The notes under the pieces were generated by a model, which saw nothing but the letters and a program-made list of their open reading frames with translations, was not told where the DNA came from and made no database searches. A stretch of DNA of 64,000 nt from an uncultured Bacteroidales bacterium (GTDB lineage: Bacteria > Bacteroidota > Bacteroidia > Bacteroidales > Muribaculaceae): positions 870-64,869 of the forward strand of contig CAMWNF010000001.1 of the NCBI GenBank assembly GCA_947175535.1. Reading direction: 5' to 3'. This document shows positions 55,396 through 64,000 of this stretch, in pieces; within the stretch, counting starts at the first letter, position 1, and the number at the start of each line of letters is the position of its first letter. The position numbers were made by a program, and so were the translations under genes.

Positions 55396-56145
55396 TTATT
55401 CTTTATTTCTCCACTTTATATTTGAACTTACCATGCGCACACCGTCGCGGAGCAATTCGCAAGCCGTGTCGCCGTCTTCATCTGTCGAAGTACGGACTAC
55501 CACCGTCTCACCGAAGTGACATTCCTGATGGAAGGCGATATCAAAACGCGCGATATCATGCCGGTCATACCAATCGAGCTTCCAACAGTCGAGAATAAGG
55601 TCGATATATCTGACCGTGTTGACATGTCGGTTGAAATCGATGTCGCAATAGCGGAATGTGTAAAGACATTCATCGGCATCATCAGGTAGCTGCGGTGTAC
55701 GTTTAGCAGCTACGACAGGACAATAAGGTGGGTCTGTCGGAAACATCACATCGCCGAGTATGCCGGGGTTGGCGGCACGTCGTGTGCTTATCGAAATTGC
55801 AGCCCAGGTTGTACGAGCGTTTACATATACATGTCCCTCGGGAGAAGTGACGGTGAAACAACGTTCGCTGAACAGACGGTTGGTGCTTTCAATCCATGTG
55901 TTCATTATGTAAGTGTCATTGATGCCCGGAAGGCTGTCGATTTCTATGCTTACCCGACTCAACACCCATGCGAGGTCAAGTTTGATGAGCGTGGCATAGC
56001 CTATGCCGAGACTGTTGGCATGACAGGTCGCGCACTCTATGATGCGCGCCGTAAGCAAAGTGAGCGGCATACGCCCTTCGGCATTGCACTCACCTGCCGC
56101 AAGGAAATATTCCCGCGCATATATCTTCAGATGGTCAGCACTCAT
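55396..56145 (-). CDS. acyl-ACP thioesterase family protein
   Basis: 249 aa with a double hot-dog pattern (ECNAEGRMPL ... AWVLSRVSIE ... YCDIDFNRHVNTVRYIDLILD). Start overlaps the ilvN stop (ATGA). Confidence 0.7.
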   Translation of the reverse strand: MSADHLKIYAREYFLAAGECNAEGRMPLTLLTARIIECATCHANSLGIGYATLIKLDLAWVLSRVSIEIDSLPGINDTYIMNTWIESTNRLFSERCFTVTSPEGHVYVNARTTWAAISISTRRAANPGILGDVMFPTDPPYCPVVAAKRTPQLPDDADECLYTFRYCDIDFNRHVNTVRYIDLILDCWKLDWYDRHDIARFDIAFHQECHFGETVVVRTSTDEDGDTACELLRDGVRMVSSNIKWRNKE

Positions 56146-56702
56146 TTTTCCTGAAGTTTTTGAAGTCGGAGACGCTGTTCCTCAAGATACATGTCGACAT
56201 ATTCGACCGGTGATTTCGTCACTGCCACGCGTCCGCTGCGCACGAACTGACGTATATCGAGACTACGCAGACGGTTAAGCAGTGCTTCCGTCTCCCATGG
56301 ATGACCTGATTTCTCGATAACCGTGTACTCCGGAGTCATTTCGAGTATGCGTGCGCCGTGGTGACGGACTATATCCTCAACGCTGCCCGACTCGAGCAAG
56401 CGCGCTGTCGGCACTTTGTATAAAGCCACTTCCTGATATACGATATCTTCGTCGGTGAACAGGAATGCCTTTATCACGTCAACTCGCTTCTCAATCTGGC
56501 GGACGACCTTTTCCATGGTCGGACGGTCAGCCCATGTCGTAAGCGTAAGCTTATGAATGTCGGGTATTGAGGATGCACTCGCCGAAACATCCTCGATGTT
56601 GAGACAGCGGCGGGTGAATATGACCGAAACCTGATTGAGCAGACCCACGCAGTTTTCGGAATATACCGTAACGGTAAATAGTTGGCGTTCGGGATGTGTC
56701 AT
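56142..56702 (-). CDS. ilvN: acetolactate synthase small (regulatory) subunit
   Basis: ACT domain FTVTVYSENCVGLLNQVSVIFTRRCLNIE. Lies directly after ilvB. Confidence 0.85.
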   Translation of the reverse strand: MTHPERQLFTVTVYSENCVGLLNQVSVIFTRRCLNIEDVSASASSIPDIHKLTLTTWADRPTMEKVVRQIEKRVDVIKAFLFTDEDIVYQEVALYKVPTARLLESGSVEDIVRHHGARILEMTPEYTVIEKSGHPWETEALLNRLRSLDIRQFVRSGRVAVTKSPVEYVDMYLEEQRLRLQKLQEK

Positions 56703-56704
56703 AA

Positions 56705-58438
56705 TCAGTAGTTGTCAGGGGTATAATAGTTATCGGGAGAGAGCAGCACATGGTCGACAGGCTGACCTGCGGGAGTCATCGGGAACACCATGTCAGTCTC
56801 GTCTATCTGAACATTCAGCAGATATGGCCGATCATCGGCAAGCATGCGGTCGATGGCTCCGGCGAGGTCTTCGCGATTGACGACATCTTCTCCGTCAATC
56901 CCATAAGCTGACGCGATTTTTATAAAATCAGGATTCAGCATGGGTGTCTGCGAAAAACGTCGGTTGAAGAACAGATTCTGCCACTGACGCACATTGCCGA
57001 GGAAGTTATTGTTAAGAATAACCATCTTCACTCCTACACCGTATTCCATTATCGTTCCGAGTTCTTGAATCGTCATCTGGAAACCACCGTCGCCACAGAA
57101 CAGACACACCGTGCGCTCAGGCGCGGCGATTTTCGCTCCGATAGATGCCGGTAGTCCGAAACCCATGGTGCCGAGTCCGCCTGAGGTGATGAAGCTGCGC
57201 GGGTCGGTGAAGCGGAAATAACGCGCCGACATCATTTGGTTCTGTCCTACGTCGGTAACTGCGACCGCACGATGACCCGTTGCTTCACTTACGCGTGAAA
57301 TAACTTCGCCCATCGTAAGTTTCGAGCCTTTCGGACGCTTGAGTTCATTTGTGAACACGACGTCTCGCTCCACGGCGTTATGACGGTCAAACGACTCAGC
57401 CCAAGCAGCACGGTCGGCTTTTTCAATCATGGGTAGCAGTTCGTCAAGAGCCTCGCGCGCATCAGCATTGATTGCGATGGTCGAACGAACGGTCTTATCA
57501 AATTCCGATGGGTCGATATCGATATGGATGATTTTGGCATTCGGAGCGTATGTAGCTGTATTTCCCGTCACACGGTCGTCGAAACGCATTCCGACCGCTA
57601 TTATCACATCTGCGCGGTTGGTATTGATGTTGAGTCCGAGATTACCGTGCATGCCGAGCATACCTTTCAACATCGGATGCGATGATGGCAGCGACGACAG
57701 ACCGAGCAAAGTGCATCCGACGGGTATCATGGCTTTTTCGACAAGTCTGCCGAGACTTTCGCCGGCATCGGAGATAGTGATACCTTGACCCGCAAGCAGA
57801 AGAGGTCGTTCTGCCTTGTTAATCATCTCGGCTGCCCTGCGCAACGCTTCGCGGTCGATATTCGGGCGCGGATTGTAGCTGCGGATGAAATTGACCGGTT
57901 CATAATGCCAGTCGAGCATACCGATTTGTGCGTCCTTGGCGATATCAAGCACAACAGGTCCCGGTCGACCGGTCGAAGCTATATAAAAGGCGCGCGCAAC
58001 CGCCGCGGGAATATCTTCCGCCCGACGCACCTGATGAGCCCATTTGGTTATCGGCTGTGTGATGCCGACAACGTCGGTCTCCTGAAACGCATCGCTGCCG
58101 AGATATTGTCTGCCGACCTGACCTGTCACGACAACAAGCGGCGTCGAATCCGCCATAGCGTCACTCAGACCGGTTATGACGTTTGCCGCGCCCGGTCCGG
58201 AGGTGACGATTACAACTCCTGTCCGTCCGCTGACGCGGGCATAACCCTGCGCCGCGTGGACCGCGCCCTGTTCGTGACGCACCAATATATGACGCAGTCG
58301 GTCGGTAAAGTCGTACAGTTTATCATAGACCGGAAGTATTGCGCCTCCGGGATAGCCGAACACCGTGTCGGCATGTTCTTCGAGCAAAGAACGGACAAGG
58401 GCTTCAGCTCCACTGATACGTTGGTTCATATCTTTCAT
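56705..58438 (-). CDS. ilvB: acetolactate synthase large subunit (biosynthetic type)
   Basis: ISGAEALVRSLLEEHADTVFGYPGGAILPVYD, with the ThDP motif GDGGFQMTIQEL...NN. The listed start at 58459 is TTG. ATG candidates are at 58438 and 58429. Confidence 0.9.
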   Translation of the reverse strand: MKDMNQRISGAEALVRSLLEEHADTVFGYPGGAILPVYDKLYDFTDRLRHILVRHEQGAVHAAQGYARVSGRTGVVIVTSGPGAANVITGLSDAMADSTPLVVVTGQVGRQYLGSDAFQETDVVGITQPITKWAHQVRRAEDIPAAVARAFYIASTGRPGPVVLDIAKDAQIGMLDWHYEPVNFIRSYNPRPNIDREALRRAAEMINKAERPLLLAGQGITISDAGESLGRLVEKAMIPVGCTLLGLSSLPSSHPMLKGMLGMHGNLGLNINTNRADVIIAVGMRFDDRVTGNTATYAPNAKIIHIDIDPSEFDKTVRSTIAINADAREALDELLPMIEKADRAAWAESFDRHNAVERDVVFTNELKRPKGSKLTMGEVISRVSEATGHRAVAVTDVGQNQMMSARYFRFTDPRSFITSGGLGTMGFGLPASIGAKIAAPERTVCLFCGDGGFQMTIQELGTIMEYGVGVKMVILNNNFLGNVRQWQNLFFNRRFSQTPMLNPDFIKIASAYGIDGEDVVNREDLAGAIDRMLADDRPYLLNVQIDETDMVFPMTPAGQPVDHVLLSPDNYYTPDNY

Positions 58439-58455
58439 TAATTCGTTTATTCGAT

Positions 58456-60285
58456 TCAAAGTCTTACCCCGCCTTTATCTGCGGAAGTCACCGTGGCGGC
58501 ATAAGCGCGCAAAGCTTTCGACACTTCGCGACGGCGGTGACGGGGCGTGAATGCATCCGCTCCGCGTGTGAGTTCTTCAGCTCGTCGTTCAGCGAGCACA
58601 TCATCGCTCACACGCAGGTTAATTGTTCGCGAAGGTATGTCTATGTCGATAATGTCACCGTCGCGCACCAGTCCGATTTCGCCCCCTGCCGCAGCTTCCG
58701 GCGAAATATGACCGATTGACAGACCCGATGTCCCCCCAGAGAAGCGTCCGTCTGTAATCAACGCGCACTGCTTGCCGAGGTGCTTCGCCTTGATATAGCT
58801 TGTCGGGTAGAGCATTTCCTGCATGCCAGGACCTCCTTTTGGTCCCTCATGAGTGATGACCACGACATCACCAGCCTGAATGCGGTCGCCGAGGATAGCC
58901 TCCACTGCCTCGTCCTGCGATTCGAAAACTTTAGCCGGTCCCGAGAATTTCAATATCGAACTGTCTACTCCCGCGGTCTTTACCACGCAGCCGTCCTTGG
59001 CTATATTACCGTGGAGCACAGCCAGACCGCCGTCAGGCGAATATGCGTGCGCCGTATCGCGGATACATCCTTTTTCGCTGTCCGTGTCGAGTTCGGCATA
59101 TCGGGCTGTCGAGCCGCCGGCTTCGGTCGTGCGTACACCGCCCGGCGAACTGTGCCACATTGCATCCGCCTCTTTACTGTAATCTTTACCGCCGACAGCA
59201 TATCGGTCGATTGCTTCGCCAAGAGTCAGACCGTCGACACGGCGCACACCGGGGTCGAGGCAACCTGCTTCGGCAAGACGTTTCATAATAGTGATGATGC
59301 CGCCTGCGCGATTCACATCCTGCATGTGATACGGCGCACTCGGAGCTACTTTACACAGCACCGGCGTACGTCGCGAAAGCGCGTCGATATCGTCAATGGT
59401 GAAATCGGCTCCGGCTTCGTTGGCGACAGCAAGCAGATGGAGGACAGTATTTGTCGAGCCACCCATCGCTATATCAAGAGTCATCGCGTTGAGCATTGCC
59501 TCGCGGCTGGCAATCTTACGCGGCAGCACCGACTCATCGCCGTCGCGGTAATATCTGAAAGCATTCTCGACTATCTGACGCGCCGCGCGGTCAAAAAGTC
59601 CGAGACGCTCAGCCGAAGTCGCCAGCACCGAGCCGTTGCCCGCAAGAGCAAGCCCGATGGCTTCGTTGAGAGAGTTCATCGAATTAGCGGTGAACATACC
59701 CGAGCACGAACCGCATGTCGGACACCCTCCGCGCTCGAGCTTTTCGATTGCGGCATCTGAAATCGTATCGTCTGCCGAGTCGACCATTATATCGACAAGG
59801 TCGACATTACGTCCGTCGACATCGCCGGCTTCCATCGGACCTCCGCTGACAAAAACAGTCGGAATATTCAGTCGCATAGCCGCAAGCAGCATGCCCGGAG
59901 TCACTTTGTCACAATTTGATATGCATATCATGGCGTCGGCGCAATGAGCCTTCACCATATATTCGACAGAGTCTGCGATAAGATCGCGTGAAGGCAGCGA
60001 ATAAAGCATTCCGTCATGCCCCATCGCAATACCGTCGTCAATCGCTATGGTATTGAATTCCGCGGCGAAAAGTCCCTGCCTCTCGATTTCCGCTTTTATT
60101 CGCTGACCTATATCATGGAGATGGGTGTGACCCGGCACAAACTGAGTGAACGAATTGACTATTGCGATAACAGGTTTGCCGAACTGCTCTTCGCGCATGC
60201 CGTTGGCGCGCCACAGTGCTCTTGCTCCCGCCATACGTCTGCCTTTGAAACTGACGTCACTGCGTAACGGTATTTTATATTCCAT
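58456..60285 (-). CDS. ilvD: dihydroxy-acid dehydratase
   Basis: [30 protein letters not shown] and [13 protein letters not shown] are IlvD signatures. Confidence 0.9.
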   Translation of the reverse strand: MEYKIPLRSDVSFKGRRMAGARALWRANGMREEQFGKPVIAIVNSFTQFVPGHTHLHDIGQRIKAEIERQGLFAAEFNTIAIDDGIAMGHDGMLYSLPSRDLIADSVEYMVKAHCADAMICISNCDKVTPGMLLAAMRLNIPTVFVSGGPMEAGDVDGRNVDLVDIMVDSADDTISDAAIEKLERGGCPTCGSCSGMFTANSMNSLNEAIGLALAGNGSVLATSAERLGLFDRAARQIVENAFRYYRDGDESVLPRKIASREAMLNAMTLDIAMGGSTNTVLHLLAVANEAGADFTIDDIDALSRRTPVLCKVAPSAPYHMQDVNRAGGIITIMKRLAEAGCLDPGVRRVDGLTLGEAIDRYAVGGKDYSKEADAMWHSSPGGVRTTEAGGSTARYAELDTDSEKGCIRDTAHAYSPDGGLAVLHGNIAKDGCVVKTAGVDSSILKFSGPAKVFESQDEAVEAILGDRIQAGDVVVITHEGPKGGPGMQEMLYPTSYIKAKHLGKQCALITDGRFSGGTSGLSIGHISPEAAAGGEIGLVRDGDIIDIDIPSRTINLRVSDDVLAERRAEELTRGADAFTPRHRRREVSKALRAYAATVTSADKGGVRL

Positions 60286-60311
60286 AATCTAATCCGGTGA
60301 CATATATTCAG

Positions 60312-60319
60312 CAAATTTA
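60312..60319 (-). promoter_or_regulatory. -7 promoter box for the ilv operon
   Basis: TAAATTTG on the minus strand, 27 nt upstream of the ilvD ATG. Confidence 0.5.
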
Positions 60320-60381
60320 CCCCCATTAATGCAAAAAAGCAAACATTTGCACATAAATCTTGACAATGTGCGAGCAAAAAG

Positions 60382-60409
60382 AGACCGCCATCCTCACGGA
60401 CAGCGGTCT
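60382..60409 (-). terminator. rho-independent terminator of the S8 peptidase gene
   Basis: Stem AGACCGC/GCGGTCT, followed on the minus strand by CTTTTTGC. Confidence 0.65.
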
Positions 60410-60449
60410 GTTGCGTTTTTAATAAGTATGACTCTTGTTGAAGAGCCGG

Positions 60450-62645
60450 TTATTTTATGACTATTTTACGGGTTTCAGAATTTTTGCCGCTGTCGATTTT
60501 CAGGACATAGACTCCTGCTGCCGCGTTATCGGCACTTAGTACTGCATTTTCGCCGTCAGCGGTGGCATTTGCCACGCAAAGACCAGAAAGCGAGTAAAGC
60601 TGAGCGTTAACATGTCCTGCTCCGGGCACGAATATCTCGAAATTTCTGCCATCAGCGCTTGTCACGAATGCTTCCTCAGAATCTGCTTTTATGTCGTTGA
60701 TACCTGAACGCGCGATAACAGCTTTGATACCTGCGAGAGCATCTATCTTACCTGCGCCGAAACGAGCGCGGGCTGCAGTTGTCGAAAGGTCTTTGACTGA
60801 AGTCGTGTTGATTATGTCCATAACCTCGGCGACTGTCAGGGTCGGATCTGCCTGAAGCCACAAAGCTGCCACGCCGGCTACAAACGGGCATGCCATCGAT
60901 GTTCCCTGCATCAGACCCCAGGGACTATTGCGCGAGAATGCGGCTTTAGGTGCTACATACTCACCAGTCAACCAGCCTGAGACTACATCCGGATGCTTGG
61001 CTACATAATAGTTGCTGAAAGACGAGATAATACCTTCGCCGGGAGCACATACATCGGGCAGCTGCTTTCCTTCGAAATTCTTGCCGTAGCTGGAGAATGC
61101 ACTGATATAACCGACCGCGGGCTTACCGCTATATCTCTGATATACGGCACTATTCCTGTCGTCAGATATCGATGCCCAGCTCGCTGCCGTCGTGTAAGCT
61201 CCTACCACAATCACATTTTTACCGCATGCCATGTTATTGATGGAGTTCTTGTCATTACCGTTGGTAAAGCCGGCGACACTCTGCGACAGGAATTGCATAT
61301 TGTTGCCATAACCGTCGACTGTCTGTCCTTCGACCGGCTCGATTACAAACGCAGGTGTGATGCTTGATGTCGCACCTGATACATTCATTGATATAGCCAC
61401 ATTATAGCGGTTGTTTGCCGTCGATATATTCGACGACATGGTGATGGAGCCGGTCATATTTCCGTTAAAACCTTCCATATCTCGCTGCGACACTGAACCG
61501 CCCTCGAGATTCTTATCAAGTGTGTAAGAGAATACCTCCTTACTTTTGCTTCGGTCATAACCGATAAATCTCACGGTAAAGGTCTTGTTGTCCGATGCCC
61601 AGAACTGCACCTGACCCGAACCTGGACCGATTGGAGTTACAAAAGTCTTGATGGTCTTACCTTTGGTGCTTATCGAAATATTTTCGCCGCCTTCGTTACC
61701 TGCAGCTATGCAGATTATTGCGTCCTTTCCGAGTTCACTGAGATATTTTGCGACACCTTCGCTGCCGTCATGCGGACCGATTGTGCTGCCGATTGAAAGA
61801 TTCAACACACAGGGCTTACCCGCGTTTTTGGCGTAATCGACCATCTTCTGCATGCCCGTAGCGATGCAGGCATCAGTCAACCTTCCGCAAGCGGCTACAA
61901 TCTCCGCGTCGGTGGCAACGCCGTAGAAGGGTATAGCCGAGCCGGCTTCATCCTGTTTCACCAGCACAGCCTTGTCATCTTTCAGAACTCCATAAGTCGC
62001 CGGACCGTTATAACTGCCCGACATAATGCCGAGCACATGAGTCGCATGGGTTTCGTCTTCGTCTTCAGTTCTGAAGCCCTTAATCTGAGTGGCGGTTGTG
62101 TAAGAAGTGACTCTGTTTGTCTCTACATGCCACACTGATTTTGCTCGCGACGAGCCGTCGGCATTGAGGAAGTTGATATGATTGATATCGAGACCTACGT
62201 CATAGAGACCTGTTATGATGCCCTTACCTGTATATTTTGTGCCGAGTCCGTCGGCGCCTGTCTGAACGGCATCGACTTTTCCTGCAGGACGGGCGAAATA
62301 CATCATCGGCTTATTTTCAGAACCGAGTGATATGTTTTTCACATTGGGGAGGGCTGCAAGCTGCTCCATCTGCGCGGCAGTTACGGTCACCACCGACATA
62401 TTGGCTACACGCGAGAGTTCTTCAACAGCGACATCGCCGTAATCGAATTCTTCATCATTGAACTCTACTATCACACTGTAAGTCTCAACAGCCGACCCTG
62501 CCGCCATAGGCGCGATAAGTCCTGTTTCACTTTTCTGCTGGTCGCGGAACTTCTCGATTGCAAGGCGACCGGCAAAATCGATTTTATTCTGGGCATTAGC
62601 CAACAATGCTACACCCGCAAGAATTAAAACACTGATTTTTTTCAT
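60450..62645 (-). CDS. S8-family (subtilisin-like) serine peptidase with T9SS C-terminal sorting domain
   Basis: Signal peptide. Catalytic motifs YDVGLD (Asp), HATHVLGIMSG (His) and GTSMACPFVAGVAALW (Ser). CTD-like tail AQLYSLSGLCVA ... GVYVLKIDSGKNSETRKIVIK. Confidence 0.85.
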   Translation of the reverse strand: MKKISVLILAGVALLANAQNKIDFAGRLAIEKFRDQQKSETGLIAPMAAGSAVETYSVIVEFNDEEFDYGDVAVEELSRVANMSVVTVTAAQMEQLAALPNVKNISLGSENKPMMYFARPAGKVDAVQTGADGLGTKYTGKGIITGLYDVGLDINHINFLNADGSSRAKSVWHVETNRVTSYTTATQIKGFRTEDEDETHATHVLGIMSGSYNGPATYGVLKDDKAVLVKQDEAGSAIPFYGVATDAEIVAACGRLTDACIATGMQKMVDYAKNAGKPCVLNLSIGSTIGPHDGSEGVAKYLSELGKDAIICIAAGNEGGENISISTKGKTIKTFVTPIGPGSGQVQFWASDNKTFTVRFIGYDRSKSKEVFSYTLDKNLEGGSVSQRDMEGFNGNMTGSITMSSNISTANNRYNVAISMNVSGATSSITPAFVIEPVEGQTVDGYGNNMQFLSQSVAGFTNGNDKNSINNMACGKNVIVVGAYTTAASWASISDDRNSAVYQRYSGKPAVGYISAFSSYGKNFEGKQLPDVCAPGEGIISSFSNYYVAKHPDVVSGWLTGEYVAPKAAFSRNSPWGLMQGTSMACPFVAGVAALWLQADPTLTVAEVMDIINTTSVKDLSTTAARARFGAGKIDALAGIKAVIARSGINDIKADSEEAFVTSADGRNFEIFVPGAGHVNAQLYSLSGLCVANATADGENAVLSADNAAAGVYVLKIDSGKNSETRKIVIK

Positions 62646-62742
62646 AAAATAACTGTAATATAAAAAACGCTATTAGATTGTATTCAATTTTATAGAACGA
62701 CAAAACAGACTGCTTTCGTATGTTCAAAAAACGATTTCAACA

Positions 62743-63180
62743 TTATTTAGCGGTCCTGGCTTTATATCGTCTGCATAGGTTCAGTACGACTTTCGTCAGT
62801 CTTTCATTATTCGGGGTCGGCACCGGCGCAAAGTCAAGCGAGTCGACACATGTCCTGACAAGCTCGATTGCCGTAGGCTCCGCGTTCACTTCTTCCATCG
62901 GCTTGTTTTCCTGTCCGACAGAAATATGAACGACCTGCGGCAATGCGGCAAGCTCTTCCATCTGTTTTACGGTGACATTGACAACAGCCATTGACCCTAA
63001 TCGCGACACGACATCGACATCACAGTCGCCGAAAGCGGCATCTTTGCTGTCTAATTCGACAATCGCACCATAGGTAAGCGTCGTATCATCGGGGAGTGTC
63101 CTGCCCGTGAAGTCAATCTTATTCTGTGCCGAAACGCCTAACGCTATCAGCGACATAAGAACGACTGACAATTTCCTCAT
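62743..63180 (-). CDS. stand-alone paralog of the S8 peptidase N-terminal (pro-)region; possibly a gene remnant
   Basis: MRKLSVVLMSLIALGVSAQNKIDFTGR ... MAVVNVTVKQMEELAALPQVVHISVGQENKPM aligns with residues 1 to about 114 of the adjacent S8 protein (AQNKIDFAGR ... MSVVTVTAAQMEQLAALPNVKNISLGSENKPM). The last ~45 aa show no similarity. Confidence 0.5.
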   Translation of the reverse strand: MRKLSVVLMSLIALGVSAQNKIDFTGRTLPDDTTLTYGAIVELDSKDAAFGDCDVDVVSRLGSMAVVNVTVKQMEELAALPQVVHISVGQENKPMEEVNAEPTAIELVRTCVDSLDFAPVPTPNNERLTKVVLNLCRRYKARTAK

Positions 63181-63224
63181 ATCTAAACTTTAATTTATGA
63201 TTTTGATTATGACTTTTGTAAGAC

Positions 63225-63256
63225 GGAAAAAGCAGGCGCACCGCATGATGCGCCTA
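63225..63256 (-). terminator. rho-independent terminator after the Calx-beta-like gene
   Basis: Stem AGGCGCA/TGCGCCT, followed on the minus strand by GCTTTTTCC. Confidence 0.65.
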
Positions 63257-63287
63257 CTTTATTTATTTTGGAGTTTATTTTTACAGA

Positions 63288-64000
63288 TTATCGGGTCAAA
63301 ACAATGTCATAACTTGCGGCAAGACCACCTAACCCATTAATATAGAAATACAGCATATAGTCTTCGTCAAAAGTGATTTCCCTGCGATTTGCAGCTACTG
63401 AAGCCGTCACGACACCTTCGTCTTCTACATAACCGGAAGGACCAACGGCACGCAAGAACACATCATAATCTTTATCATTGTAATTATATACACCAATTTT
63501 CTGACCGAGTACCAAGCCCAATGTAATCTCATCGGTGTCCTCATCATAATCAAAATCAACGGTCGCAGAGAAGGTCGCATCTCCGCCAAGCCCCTTGAGG
63601 GTAAGCTTTCTGTTGTAATTGGGGTTACTTTCACTTACACCAACTATTCTTACAGAATAACTTTCGGCAGTACCATCAAAACCGCTGAAGGATGACCAAT
63701 TCCAAGTACCGATGACTGACTGGTAAGGAATATGCTCGTCATCTACGATAGTAACGTCGGTTACTGCCTGAACTCCAATTTTCGCTCCTTCAGCAGAAGC
63801 AATTGAGATTGTGAACTGACGGTCATCATTAAAGTCAAAATCGTTTGTTGCGGCAATTTCAACGCTTACCTCTTTCTTGCCGGCAGGGATGACCACTGTC
63901 TTCGAGGTAATGATGTAATTCTTGTCGTTGACTGCCGGTGACGACGACGTTTCCGTTACGTCTACAGTCACGCGCACCGGACCATTGGCTTTGCCGACAA
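63288..64000 (-). CDS. Calx-beta-like repeat protein; 5' end beyond window edge
   Basis: The frame stays open to nt 64000; the listed start at 63977 is an internal GTG. VRVTVDVTE ... VVIPAGKKEVSVEIAATNDFDFNDDRQFTISIASAEGAKIGVQAVTDVTIVDDE fits the Calx-beta pattern. The C-terminal ~140 aa are unassigned. Confidence 0.55.
   Translation of the reverse strand, partial: VGKANGPVRVTVDVTETSSSPAVNDKNYIITSKTVVIPAGKKEVSVEIAATNDFDFNDDRQFTISIASAEGAKIGVQAVTDVTIVDDEHIPYQSVIGTWNWSSFSGFDGTAESYSVRIVGVSESNPNYNRKLTLKGLGGDATFSATVDFDYDEDTDEITLGLVLGQKIGVYNYNDKDYDVFLRAVGPSGYVEDEGVVTASVAANRREITFDEDYMLYFYINGLGGLAASYDIVLTR

Noticed and set aside
58780-59760. 326-aa plus-strand ORF, together with 57785..58441 (218 aa).
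   Set aside because: Both are antisense to ilvD and ilvB, whose identities are unambiguous. Their Arg/Cys/Ser-rich composition is typical of antisense frames.
1-64000. A search for defence or mobile signatures: integrase, transposase, reverse transcriptase, Cas, restriction-modification, toxin-antitoxin, and large ATPase/nuclease operons.
   Set aside because: No ORF in any frame showed such motifs by eye. Apart from the islets listed in the findings, the window looks like core chromosome.

Overview
This 64-kb chromosomal segment looks like a Bacteroidales genome. TAnnTTTG -7 promoter boxes sit in front of many operons. There are SpI/SpII signal peptides, T9SS C-terminal sorting domains, type V pilus-type genes, and an ilvD-ilvB-ilvN-thioesterase-ilvC layout. 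I call about 52 protein genes and 2 tRNAs (Arg-TCT, Ser-GCT). Coding density is high and most genes are housekeeping: the ilv operon, a complete lplA-gcvT-gcvH-gcvPA-gcvPB-lpdA glycine-cleavage operon, ptb-buk, transketolase, parE-coaD, miaB, thioredoxin, a CoA-transferase, cstA, floA, a U32 peptidase, an S41 peptidase and YggS. The accessory or unusual parts are: (1) a visibly AT-rich islet of four small secreted/membrane protein genes, preceded by a promoter-like box and two tandem intrinsic terminators (1.7-3.5 kb); (2) a TAT-exported Gfo/Idh/MocA, helical-repeat-DUF1080, Gfo/Idh/MocA trio; (3) a type V pilus-like locus lying between the two tRNAs; (4) a 117-bp tandem array of tRNA-Ser-derived mini pseudo-tRNAs, each with its own terminator hairpin; (5) a TPR-TM-HTH regulator next to a secreted protein made of two ~255-aa repeats; (6) two paralogous GLUG-motif T9SS cargo proteins, one in an operon with another CTD protein; (7) an S8 T9SS protease next to a stand-alone copy of its own N-terminal region. 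I saw no integrase, transposase, CRISPR, reverse transcriptase, restriction-modification or toxin-antitoxin signature. I cannot point to a convincing complete new multi-gene system. The leads below are modest and need searches I cannot run. All family assignments rest on motif recognition by eye, not on HMM or BLAST results.
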